A stretch of DNA of 64,000 nucleotides from an uncultured Gammaproteobacteria bacterium (GTDB taxonomy: Bacteria; Patescibacteriota; Patescibacteriia; UBA1558; 2-01-FULL-52-15), in the NCBI GenBank assembly GCA_964402565.1, contig CAYOCJ010000001.1, positions 96,079-160,078 on the forward strand, given 5' to 3'. Below, in pieces: positions 36,486 through 48,300 of this stretch (the stretch's first letter is position 1; each line of letters begins with the position of its first letter). The position numbers were made by a program, and so were the translations under genes. The notes beneath the pieces are model-generated. The model searched no databases. It was not told the origin of the DNA and worked only from the letters and a program-made list of their open reading frames with translations.

Positions 36486-37664
36486 ATGATCGACAAAACA
36501 GCAAATAGAATATTGAATTTTTTTCCGCATAATATGCGGCGCGAGATCCGCGAGCTCTATGTCTCGACAACGATATTGGATTTTGCTCTCGCGATGATCC
36601 TGATTTTTGAGCCCATCTACCTGTATACGATCGGTTATTCATTACAGCAGATCATTTTCTTTTTCCTATTGGTCTATCTGATATATTTTTTCATCATGCC
36701 GCTTGGTGCGTCGTTTGCAAAGCAAGTCGGGTATGAGCATAGCATCGCTTATAGCACTATCGTTTTTATCCTGTATTACCTGACTTTCTATAATATTGCG
36801 ACCATACCCTGGTTTTTTTACCTTGCGGCCGTTCTGTATGCAGTGCAAAAAACGCTCTACTGGCCGGCCTATCATGCTGATTTTGCGAGATTCGCTGACA
36901 GCGGGCAAGACGGAAGAGAAATAAGCATTTTGACGATCCTGGTATCTATAGTGAGTGTGGCTGCTCCGCTCATTTCAGGCATTGTATTGGAAAATTGGGG
37001 TTTTGCAGCACTGTTCATGTTCGTATCGATCATTTTTTTAATGTCGAATATACCGCTGCTGGTCACCAAGGAAGTTTTCAAGCCAGAAAAATTCGCCTAC
37101 CTCGATGCCTACAAGAATGTGTTCGCTCTCCAGAATAGAAAATCATTGATTGCCTATCTTGGATTCGGTGAAGAACTCATCGTTCTGGTCGTATGGCCCG
37201 TATTCATTGTTACCGTGATCTCCGATCTTCTCAATATTGGCATATTAACAGCACTGGCAACCTTCGTGAGTCTGTTGGTCACACTCTATATTGGCAGATC
37301 GTCAGATGCAGGTAATAAGCGCGGCATTTTGCGATTCGGAACGGTCGTCTATGCCTTTGCATGGTTTTTGCGCCTGATAGTACATGCCGCACCGGGAATT
37401 TTTCTTACTGACAGCTTGTCACGCGTTTCAAAGAATATCGTGAGCGTACCCCTGACCGCGATCACCTATGAGCGGGCAAAGCAGAGGAGTGTCATGCATT
37501 CCGTGGTTTCATTTGAGATGAGTCTGGTGCTTGGCAAGCTTATGGCTTTGATCATCGTGTATGTCGGCTTAGCGCTGCTTGCCGGCATTGTTTCGTCGAC
37601 CGTGCTCTATCAGGGTATCTTTATTTTGGCTGGCTGCATGACATTTTTCTATATGCTGCTCTAA
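36486..37664 (+). CDS. MFS transporter
   Basis: About 12 hydrophobic helices in two halves; G..SD..G motif. Confidence 0.75.
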   Translation: MIDKTANRILNFFPHNMRREIRELYVSTTILDFALAMILIFEPIYLYTIGYSLQQIIFFFLLVYLIYFFIMPLGASFAKQVGYEHSIAYSTIVFILYYLTFYNIATIPWFFYLAAVLYAVQKTLYWPAYHADFARFADSGQDGREISILTILVSIVSVAAPLISGIVLENWGFAALFMFVSIIFLMSNIPLLVTKEVFKPEKFAYLDAYKNVFALQNRKSLIAYLGFGEELIVLVVWPVFIVTVISDLLNIGILTALATFVSLLVTLYIGRSSDAGNKRGILRFGTVVYAFAWFLRLIVHAAPGIFLTDSLSRVSKNIVSVPLTAITYERAKQRSVMHSVVSFEMSLVLGKLMALIIVYVGLALLAGIVSSTVLYQGIFILAGCMTFFYMLL

Positions 37665-38515
37665 TGTCGAAAGCGACTGTCCAACATCTGCTCCAGCAAT
37701 GGCATATCAGGCCCGACGATGAACAGGGCCAGCATTTTTTGGTAGACGATACGGTGCTTGAACGGATAGCAACGAGCGCGAAGGTTTCAGCAAACGATCA
37801 TGTGCTGGAAGTAGGCCCTGGGATCGGGAATTTAACTGCATATCTTTCAAAAGCTGCAGGCCATGTAGCTATTGTGGAGATCGACCCGCAATTTAAAGCG
37901 TTACTTGAAGCTTTTATATCGGTAAATACGAATACGCGCCTGCTCTACGGAGATATTTTAAAAATGCCATTCGCTGAGATAGCAATCGCTCTTGGTCTGA
38001 AGCATGGTGATGCATATAAAATTGTGGCAAATATTCCGTATTACCTGACGTCGCGCTTTTTTGCTACAGTGCTGAAGTACACTACCTTGCCTGAGCGAAT
38101 CGTTGTCTTGATCCAGAAAGAAGTTGCCGAGCGGATCACTGCTGGAGCAGGAGACCAGACGAAACTTTCTCTCAGTATACAGATGTATGGCCGGCCGAAA
38201 ATTCTTTTTGGCGTTCCCCGCACCGCGTTCAATCCGACGCCTGCGGTCGACTCTGCGGTCTTGTCTATCGAAGATATCCACTCATGGAATTATTCGGTGC
38301 CTGAAAAGAAAATGTGGCAGCTCATCACGTTTGGCTTCAGCTCGAAACGCAAGAAGCTCATCAATAACCTCATGGCAGGCCTTCGCATCGAGCGGACTCA
38401 GGCATCAGAATTACTTGAAAAAGCTGGCATTTTTCTAGATATTCGGGCAGAAGATATGAAAATTGAAGAATGGATAGCCCTCACCGAGGCGGTCATATCA
38501 GGTTTGGGCAATTGA
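37664..38515 (+). CDS. rsmA: 16S rRNA dimethyladenosine transferase
   Basis: GQHFL, EVGPGIG, NIPY, QKEVA.R, F.P.P.VDS, RAE. Confidence 0.93.
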   Translation: MSKATVQHLLQQWHIRPDDEQGQHFLVDDTVLERIATSAKVSANDHVLEVGPGIGNLTAYLSKAAGHVAIVEIDPQFKALLEAFISVNTNTRLLYGDILKMPFAEIAIALGLKHGDAYKIVANIPYYLTSRFFATVLKYTTLPERIVVLIQKEVAERITAGAGDQTKLSLSIQMYGRPKILFGVPRTAFNPTPAVDSAVLSIEDIHSWNYSVPEKKMWQLITFGFSSKRKKLINNLMAGLRIERTQASELLEKAGIFLDIRAEDMKIEEWIALTEAVISGLGN

Positions 38516-38629
38516 AGACAAAATCACTTGGTGATTGTCTATAAAATATGCTATAATAATCCCGTTATTTAGCTACCGGAATTGGCTAATTTAGAATAAA
38601 TCAACTTCACATTTCGAATCAGGTTTGTT

Positions 38630-39382
38630 ATGCCGCAACGAGTCGGTGGTGAAACGAAAATCAGACATACATTTCGACGTCAGACGCTCGGGATCAAGGC
38701 GCTGCTCATCGTACTTTTTGTTTTTGGCGGCGGATCGCTCGTCTACGGCGCATACGTCGTACAAAATCAGGTAGTAAGTCCATTTAAGCTCGGGGGATTA
38801 AGCGCAGATACGATCGTCAATCAAATTCTCCCGAAACCGGACCAAAGCGATGCGCTCGCGTCAAAGACTAAGGACACTGACGGAGATGGTTTGACGGATT
38901 ATGACGAAGTTGCCTTGTATGGGACAAGCCCCTATTTGCCCGATACCGATGGGGATGGCATTTCAGACGGCCAGGAGATCAAGAATGGCACTGATCCTAA
39001 TTGCAAACCTGGCGAGACATGCGGCGGCTTGCGACTGGTGACACCGGATACAAAGATTTCTGATTTGTTCCCTCAATTTTCTACTTCGAATGTGACACTG
39101 AAAGACAAAACCGTACAAGAGTTCAGGCAGATCTTGGTCGAACAAGGATTCGATAAGTCCAAATTGGACAAGATCAGCGATAATACCCTGCTGATCATGC
39201 TCGAAGAGAGCCTCAAAGTACAAGATGAAGAAAATACAACCACACCGACGACCACTGATGCCATTACTGAGAAAGATTATGATGATCTCAGGCAATTATT
39301 GATTGATATGGGAGTGCCGAAGGATGAGGTCTATAGCATGAGCAATAAGGATGTAGAAGATTTGCTTAAAACTTTCAAATAA
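38630..39382 (+). CDS. membrane-anchored TSP3-like repeat protein
   Basis: TM helix then DTDGDGLTDYDE..YGTSPYLPDTDGDGISDGQE..GTDP. Confidence 0.75.
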   Translation: MPQRVGGETKIRHTFRRQTLGIKALLIVLFVFGGGSLVYGAYVVQNQVVSPFKLGGLSADTIVNQILPKPDQSDALASKTKDTDGDGLTDYDEVALYGTSPYLPDTDGDGISDGQEIKNGTDPNCKPGETCGGLRLVTPDTKISDLFPQFSTSNVTLKDKTVQEFRQILVEQGFDKSKLDKISDNTLLIMLEESLKVQDEENTTTPTTTDAITEKDYDDLRQLLIDMGVPKDEVYSMSNKDVEDLLKTFK

Positions 39383-42300
39383 ATGGACCGAAGGCCGAAA
39401 ATTATCTTAACCTTCTTACTCAGCATTGTGCTGGCGAGTACTCTATTCTTTGCCGGCTCTGCGCGTCCGGTTCAAGCAGCCGGCGTCATCACATTCAGCC
39501 CGACAGAGTTCATGCAGACCATTAAAGAATGGATCACGAAGTTGAAAGAGATCGGCTGGAAAAAAGCAGCGATCACGGCTCTCGATAAAGTATCATCCAA
39601 TTTTATAAATAAGATCGCACAGGACGCAGGGAACTATCTGGCAACCGGAGGCAAGGGCCAGAGCGGTCTGCAGCGAAGAGAATCTTTCGGTGCGATTTTG
39701 CGCAAAGACGGCGAAGCCGCGCTCGGTGATTTCGTGCAGGATCTATCATCGGAAACTGCTCTTGATAAACTGGGATTGAATTTGTGCAACCCGACGGCTC
39801 AATTGAAAGCAAATGTAAGTTTACAGCTTCTGGATGCAGGAAATCCGGTGCCATTGGGCAAATCAGGCTGTAATATCCGCGATATTCAGCAGAATTGGCG
39901 TAATTTCGCGGAAGCGAATACCAACGGAAGTGGCTTAACTGCGAATGTCAGCTACGGAAATACGCTCGGTATCAATGGATCGTCGATCACCGGCCCTGGC
40001 TTAGTTGCTGGAAGCTGCCAGGGCACGACGCAAGGAAGCTGTGGATTTGAAAATCCAATAGCCTCGTCATTACCTGATACCGGTGTGTGTGATGTTACGA
40101 CATCAAGCTCGCAGAACCAGTTCGTTTCTTGTAAACAAACAGCAGACTGTATCGCCGCTGGCCTTCTCGGGGCTACCTGTCGCCAGATCGCTCAATTGTG
40201 TTCGTCGGATGCCGAGTGTACTGATGGCAGCAAATGTCTGAAAGCTGGCGGTTCGAGCGGTTCATGCTATAGCGATGCTGATTGCCCGGGCGATACCAAG
40301 TGCGTCGGTGCATCTGGCGCAAACTCAGGCGTACCGTATCTGCAGGTCACGTCGAATTTTTCCGCTGAAGAGAAATTAAAGTTTTTGACCGATCTTGAAA
40401 CGTCGCAATCTGACCTTACTTTTGCGTCGGCTATTCAGGCTAAAGCCGATGAGTTGAAGGCTGCGAAAGAAAAAGTAGCGACCATGGATGCAACGGCCTG
40501 TGGCAACTATAAAGACGTAGGTTCCAAGATCACAGATGATTATATTCACAAGAATTGTGCCGAGATCGAAGGTTTGAAAGCAAAAACAGATGCGCCGTCG
40601 TCACAAGACGAAGTAGCTCAGCTGAAAAGCGAAGGCGAGAATGCTTTCTGGTTGAATGCTGCAAAGATCTTCGGCCGATCGCTGATTTCCGGTTTGCTGA
40701 AGAAATATATCCGGGCAGGGTCATTCTCACTTGCTGAAGTCGGCCAGCGCACGGACGTGAATGCGGTCCGTGAAAATATCATCCAGCAGCTGCGCGGAGG
40801 AGTGACGTCTCCATTGAATGCGCTCAATGTGGTGAACAATGTCGCTGAGGCAAAAAAACCGTCTCTCGATAAGGTCGATAATTATGATTATTTATCGCTC
40901 TTCACCCAATGTCCTGATGATCGCAATCTCGTTGAGCTCGACAACTGCACCTTGGATGACAATTTCGCTTCAGCGATCCGCGACAAAAAAACACTTGCTG
41001 AAGCTTTGGCTGACGGAGTTATCCGCGGGGATTTGCCGCTCATCTCAAATCTGAATACCAGCTTGAATAGCGATCCATTCTGCGTGCGGAACGGGTATTG
41101 CCACAGCAATATTGTCCGCCTGAGGAAATATCGCATCATACCGATCGGCTGGGAAATCGCAGCTTCATTAAGCCCGATCGATGCTCCGGTGACATTGCAG
41201 CAGGTCGTTGATTGTTTCGAAAATGGCGGCGCTTGTAAATTTGATGCTGCATCCAACGTGTACTATCACCTCATAGACCCGAACTGGGTTTTGAAAGCGC
41301 CGGAAACAATTTGTAAAGCTGAAGGGTTTGGTCCGAAGCTTATCAGCACCGAAACGGCTGAACGCCAGCAATACTGTGCAGACGGCATCTCCTGCCTCGC
41401 AGAAGATGATGCGGGCAATTGCGTCGGCGGATATGGGTATTGCACCAAGGAAAATAATATTTGGCGCTTCAACGGCGAGCAATGCCCGGCACAATTTGCA
41501 AGCTGCACGGTCTTTACCTCGACTGAGGATCATAAATCTGTCTCCTATCTGGGCAATTCTGTCGATACCTGCGATGCATCTCAGAACGGCTGTAAATGGT
41601 ATTCGAAGAGCCAGGACAATGTCGGCACCGAATCGAATCCGAACTTAGTCTGGAACCCGAATGATCGTATCTATTTCAATAAGACAGTTGCAAAATGCGA
41701 TGCCGATCAGGTCGGTTGCACTGAATTCGTTTCATTGCTGACGCCGGGAGTCAACTTGATCACCAACGGCGATTTCGACTACTTCACGCCGAGCTCTACG
41801 ACGAATCTCGCAGATCCGAATTGGATGAATGATAATCTTGTCGATAAGTTCGATGGCTGGCAAGGTTCCGCAGACACCTATACGACCAGAGACAATGCGT
41901 ATTTCGGATCGGATGGATTGTCTGCAAAGAATGGAGGCCGCGTATCGACGAATGCTATCACTGGAATTCTCGCGGACAAGACATTTACGCTTTCGTGGTT
42001 TGCAAAATCCGGAACGGCGAACAACTGTGTCACGGATGTCGCTATCTCTTCTGCGACCACCGCTGCACAGAGCACGCCGGTGACCTATACGAAAGACTGG
42101 AAGCGCTTCGAGCTGACCAAGACATTCGATGTGAATACGCTGGATACATCGGTGAATATTTCGTTCTCAACCGCCTGTGATGATGTGCCTGTTGCGACCG
42201 CAGATGAAATATATATTGATGGAGTGAAGTTTGAATTGAACAGCCGTTCTTCGGGATTCACGCAATATGCTGAGAATGGCAAGGTGTATCTGAAATCGGG

Positions 42301-45300
42301 CAGCCGCTGCACGAAGGATGACGTCGGATGCGATCTCTACACTGCAACCGAGAGCGGCTTTAAAGTGCCAGGCAAGATCGACTCCGATGACCGCTGTCCG
42401 GCAGAGTGCGTTGGCTATCAGAGCTATCTTGAGTTGCCGAGCCAATTCGATGTGCTGGAGAAAATTCCGCTGCCTGCACCTGCGCCGCGCCCGGTCGATT
42501 TCATCGCGAAGACCGCAGCCGCATGTCCCGCGACCGAGGTGAATTGCGAAGAATTTACCAATGAAGAAGAAGTTGCTCAGGGCGGCGAAGGCAAGCATTA
42601 TTTCAGCTTCGTCAGGCAATGCGTGGAAGATGCGCTCGGCAGCACCTACTATACCCTGGAAGGGAGCGATACCGCAGGCTATCAGGTACGAACGTGGAGG
42701 CTCCTTGCTTCTGACCTGCCATCCGGCCAGCCATGCACCAATGTCGATATTGGCGCGAAGAATTGTATTGATGCAAGCAGTACGCCTGCAACCTGTACGG
42801 CAGCGGATATGGCGACCGATCTGAATTGCAGAGAATTTTTCGATATCAGCGGTATCCCGCATTATATCCAGCAAGATCATGTCATCGCCTCAAGCGCTGA
42901 TTGCCAGGCATTCAGGAGAACGTCCACTGGCACCACGTTCTATGCGCTTGGCAAAGACAGCCGTGCCTGCAGTGCTCAGAATAATAATTGCAGGGAGTAT
43001 CGGGGCAACCAGTCGAATAATCTGCGGACGTTATTCACGGATTATTTCGAACAGGGCAATACCGGCGAATGGAATACCACGAATGCGTCTCTCTCTACGG
43101 AGGCAGTCAGCACCGGCGGGCATTCGATCGTGAACAAAAATGCTTCTGATGTACTGACGACGACGCTGACTCGCAACGCTACCAATAAGACCTATAAGAT
43201 CGAAGCCGGACGTGAGATGTATATGGAATTCTGGATGAAGAATATCAATCCCGTACAGGTTGTCTTCCATGCTGACAGCACCTATTCATTCCCGACAACA
43301 ACCATGGCAGTACCGAATGACTGGCAGCAGTACCGCGTCGGCCCGGTCTATATCGGAAATGCAATTGATGCAGCTCCGTCGCTGACGATCATCCCGTTCG
43401 GAGGAAATCCGCTTGCCCCGGTGTACTTCGACAATATTATTTTGAGAGAATCGCTGTCGAATGTCTTCATTATAAAGGACAGCTGGAAGACTCCGGCAAG
43501 CTGCGATCAGCCGATACCAGGCGCTATGCTCGGCTGCCAAGAATATACCAATAAAGCAGGCACTGCCTATGACCTCCGTTCGTTCTCAAAATTATGTTCG
43601 AATGAAGTTATCGGCTGCCAGGCATTTATCAATACGCAAAATTCAACGAATCCGTTCCAAAAGATCTATAATGCGAATGATAAATCTGAAGTGATCGTGC
43701 CCGAAGATAATATTAGTTATCTCGTGTATAGCGAGCAGAACCGATGCTATAGCCAGAGCAAGGGCTGCAGCGCCTTAGGAGCTCCGCAGCTGAATTTGGA
43801 TCTGCCCGAAGATCATCCGAAGTATATCGACGGGTATAAAGTACTGACGCTCATTAATAATCCTGACACCTATGATACGACGCTTTGTACGGATGCAGGT
43901 CTTTTCTGCGAAGAATACACTGACAGCAAGGCTCAGACCGTCTATTTCAAGAATCCGCATGACCGAATCTGCGAGTATAAAGATAATATTAATATAAGCG
44001 GCCGTATCCAGTCGGGCTGGTTCCAGAAGAAGAGCCTCGAGCCTGGCCAGACGCCGGTCGGCTGCTCTGATGATGGTGTTCTGCCAATAGAAGATAAGGA
44101 TTTCAGGATTTATAAGAATGTTGACTATGATTATACCGGTTGGGCCGGAGAGTGCTCCGCGCAGTATGACCTCTGTACCGAATTCAAAGATCCGCTGGAT
44201 ACCCAAGGCGACAATGCGGTGACGAATGCTGACTTCGGCTTGGTCGATGCTTCGGGACAGCCATTGAACTGGAAAGACCATATCTGGAGCTGGCCATACT
44301 CAAGTACGCCGCCTGCGAGCTGGCTGCAAGCAAGCCCAGGCCAGCAGATAGCTATTTCCCGTCTGCAGCCATATGGATCAATATCATTCGGACAAGACTT
44401 CTCCAATGTCGACGGCACCGATGTATTTGCCTATAGCGTCGATGTGAATGTCCAGCGCATGACGCATGGCCTCAATCCTCAGATTGGCGTGAATTTGTCA
44501 TGCCACTTTGACTCACCACGCGATATAGATTTTTGCAGCACTTCTATACGAACTACGACGGAAAGTTGTACCAGTACGACAGATTGTAAGGCGGGCGGCG
44601 CCTGCTCAGCAGGCTTCTGCCAATACCCGAATGGAAATTATAATTATACCAAGCCATGCGGACCGAATAATTCCTGTGCCGCCGGCACTATGTGTTATAC
44701 CTTTTCATGGAGCGCATGCGAGGGACCTGGCCCTGACGGCAATTTCAACAACAGAAATGACGATGACTATACCAATATGCAGTGTGCAGGCGCAACAGGA
44801 ACAGATGACACGGCATGTGTGAACCGATTTGGCGCAGGATACCGATGTCTGAGCTGGCCGTATAAGAAGGACCTTGATCGGGACTATGTATTGGATTATA
44901 CGACCTATCTTTCGAATCCGTATCTGTATGACAAATGGCAGAATGTTCGCCGTGTCGTAGATCTGGGAGCTGACAGCGGACAGAGGAAGGTCTACGAATG
45001 CACACTCTGGTTGAATCTTTCAAACTGGTATGGATATAATCAACAAAGCAGGAATGATTACAATAATCCGGGAACAGGTGCTCCGCCAGGCCCGCGAGCG
45101 TGCGCGCCTGTCTCTACCTATGACTATGAAATGTCATGCGGCGACACCTACTGCACCATACCAGGACCAGACGGCATACCAGGAAATGCAGATGATACTG
45201 CTACGACAGTTCGTTGTACAACCAGTACCTCTACAGTTGCCCCGACAGTGGCAAATGGTGATGCAGGCTGTCGCTTGCCCGTGGGATCCGGTGGAACGGG

Positions 45301-48300
45301 GAATGCTACCGCGATATGCGGAAGCAATGTCGCATACCCGGCTGAGGTGTGGTGGAAGAACCCGCTCTTCAAGAAAGCAAAGAGTTATTTCTATCTGAAC
45401 AATGAAGAAGTAGATACCCAGAGCTGCAATGGCCAGGTGGGCAAGAAAGACGGCTGCCTGCTCTTCCTCGATATGAGCAAGCGCGATGTGAAGAGCTATG
45501 ATGCATTCTCGACCTATGACAAGAGCGCCGGCAATGGAGGAGGACTGGTGCAGCCGGTTACCTGCGTCGCAGGATCTACGACATGCAGTAATGACAGCAA
45601 TACGATCGTGAAGGTTCGCAGGGATCGCCAATGCGCAGAGTGGCTTGCCTGCAGATCTGCGACTGAGGTCTTCGATTCAGCGAACAATTCTTTCAGGCAG
45701 ATCTGCGATCAGGTCGGCACGTGCAATGAGTATAAGCCTGGCAGCGACATCATGAATTGTGCGAACTGGGTTGCGCCTTCGAAACAGAGATTGGAATATG
45801 GCTACTATGTGAATAGGTCGATCGATTTCGATGCGGCTGATTATTCCGGCTATTCTATCTATAATGACTATCAAGTGGGCACCTTGTCCTTGGTTGACGT
45901 CAGTACTCTTGGATCTCCGCCGACCGGACCTGATGGCAGAAACCCGGATTACCGCTTGGTACGCGTCATTGATACCTGTGATAGTTCGCAGCCGCCATAT
46001 GAATCGCCATGCGGCCCTGTCGATCCGTTGAATCCGGGAGAAAAACTTGGACGATGTTTTGCTACGAATAAGTGCGTTGTGGGCATTGACGGCAGCCGAT
46101 TCAGCAGAGATTCGGATTTCGTGATCAAGCGCTCGACCCGGGCATGGGCTGAGAAAGATTCTCCATTCCCGTATTCGGTCGTCGATAAAGACCAGGGCGA
46201 TACGCGCAAAGTGAAATTTGGATTCCAGGATGCGACCATTTGCGATACGAAGAATGCATCGTGCGAAGACCGGTACTATAAGTTCCAGTACGGATCCACC
46301 AACAGCGTTACTAAATACTTTTCAGCCGACGTGCAGCTGTCAGGGGGCGCCATCCCTGCATGCGTTTGCCAGGGCGGCGAATATGATAACCGCGAGTGCG
46401 GTACCAAGGATACTGGCGGCGCTTTGGTCTGTTCGAATAATATAACAAGGCATTGTACGGTAGACACTGATTGTCCGAGCGTTGTCGTCGCAGGTGTGCC
46501 GACCACTGGCGCATGTAAGGACGGTCCGGACGGCAAAATGTCTCCTGAAGAGCGCTGTCCAGACAATGGCTCGCCGCTGTATCTGCGAAAGTCAGACAGC
46601 TTCCTGAACTGGCCTGGTTTCTGCCTTGAACCTGATAATCGCGCCAACATCAACGGATCACAGACTGAACGCGCCTGTCTCAACTGGCTGCCAGTCGATA
46701 ATGCACCGGTCGGTTATGACTTTTTCAACCAAAATAGAGAAGCAGGGTATTCATATAAAGCACCCGCCTACTACTGTCTGGATGTAGGATTGTATGAGTT
46801 GCGCGTCAACCACTATTTCGGATGCAAGTGCGATTACCAGTGTAATAATAGCCTGAACCCCGATCCGACCGCGTATGCTATCAGACAAGGCGCGCAATGT
46901 GGATGCAAGTTCAATCCATTAGATCCAAATCCTCACACAAACTGTATTCTTGGATTTAATTTCGGTTTGCTGGGCTGCGGTTGGAGGCATCCTTTCGATA
47001 AAAAGAAAGATTGTTATGCAGTGCCGATACCGAATGGACCAGGATTGTATAGCTACAATAACAACACGATTGCCGGCTGGGAAAATCCGCCTGATCCGTC
47101 ATGCAGAGTATTAGCTCAGACGGTTGATGAGCGCGGTGAGAACGCTGCCATGACGAACCTATTCTGGTCAAACTATAACGGCGGCTCTGGATACGCCATC
47201 GGCGATATACCGATTGGAACGAGTACTGCGAAACTTGGGTATAAACTTGATAAGGATGATAAGCCTTTCGGCTCAGCTGTGCCGAATGGCCTTGGCTTCG
47301 TAACTGATAAGCTGCAGATACAAAAGCCGGGTACTATCCCGAGAGCAGGCAGTCCCTATGCTTGCTCCAGCAGCGTGCAGTCATGCAGTTATTTCGATCC
47401 GGCGAACTTGTCTTCGTTCGCGGTACAAGGCTGGACAACGCCGTATGTGGGCTGGGGCAATGAACCATATACGATCGGCGTCAGGCGCCTGAAAGAGATC
47501 TATAGAAAGATATTCAATCTCTATACCTGGCAGGAAGGAAATCTATGCGAGGATATGGTCTGCGGCCGCCCGAATGACCCGGATAGCCCGAACGTAAGCG
47601 AGAACGGAGGCTATTATGGCGGCCAGCCATGCAGCGCAGGAGACACTAATTCCTGCAATGAAAGCGCCGGAGCCACCTCCTGCGTTCATATTCAGGATAA
47701 ATGCGTAAACTCAGTATTCAATGACACTGATCCCGCTTCTGAACTGTATCAGGGCTGCGGCGTCTGTACGCGCGTCGGGTTTATCAGTGAATCAGCGCCA
47801 CAGAAGAGATGCATGAGCAATTGGGGCGACACGAATGGTGATAATGTGAACGATACAAGCGGACTCTTTGCAACTGCCGCTGCCTGCAATGCTGCTGATC
47901 TTGATCCTGGCGCTGCGACCGTGACCTGTTCTATCGCCTATCCGGCAGGCGGTTGCGCCCCTGACCCGAATGATCCGAGCGGCAGATTCCGCTGTTTCAG
48001 CGAGCCATTCGCAGGAAATGATTGCAAGATCCCGTTGAACCCGAATTATCTAAGTTGCGAAGGCACTCCGGCAACCTGCCATTATGGCTCAGGCGCTACC
48101 AAGGAAGACACCGGCGTCCCTTGCAATGGGGTAAGCGATTGTACCGGCACCATCACCTCAGATCCAGATTCACTGCAAGGCCTGCTCGATAATATTAATT
48201 CACAATCCTATTGCGCAGACATTAACCATAAAGAAGGAAGTTACGACTACGAAGCTGGCGATTTCTGCGTCGGCGAGCCATTCTCAGTTCGCATACAATC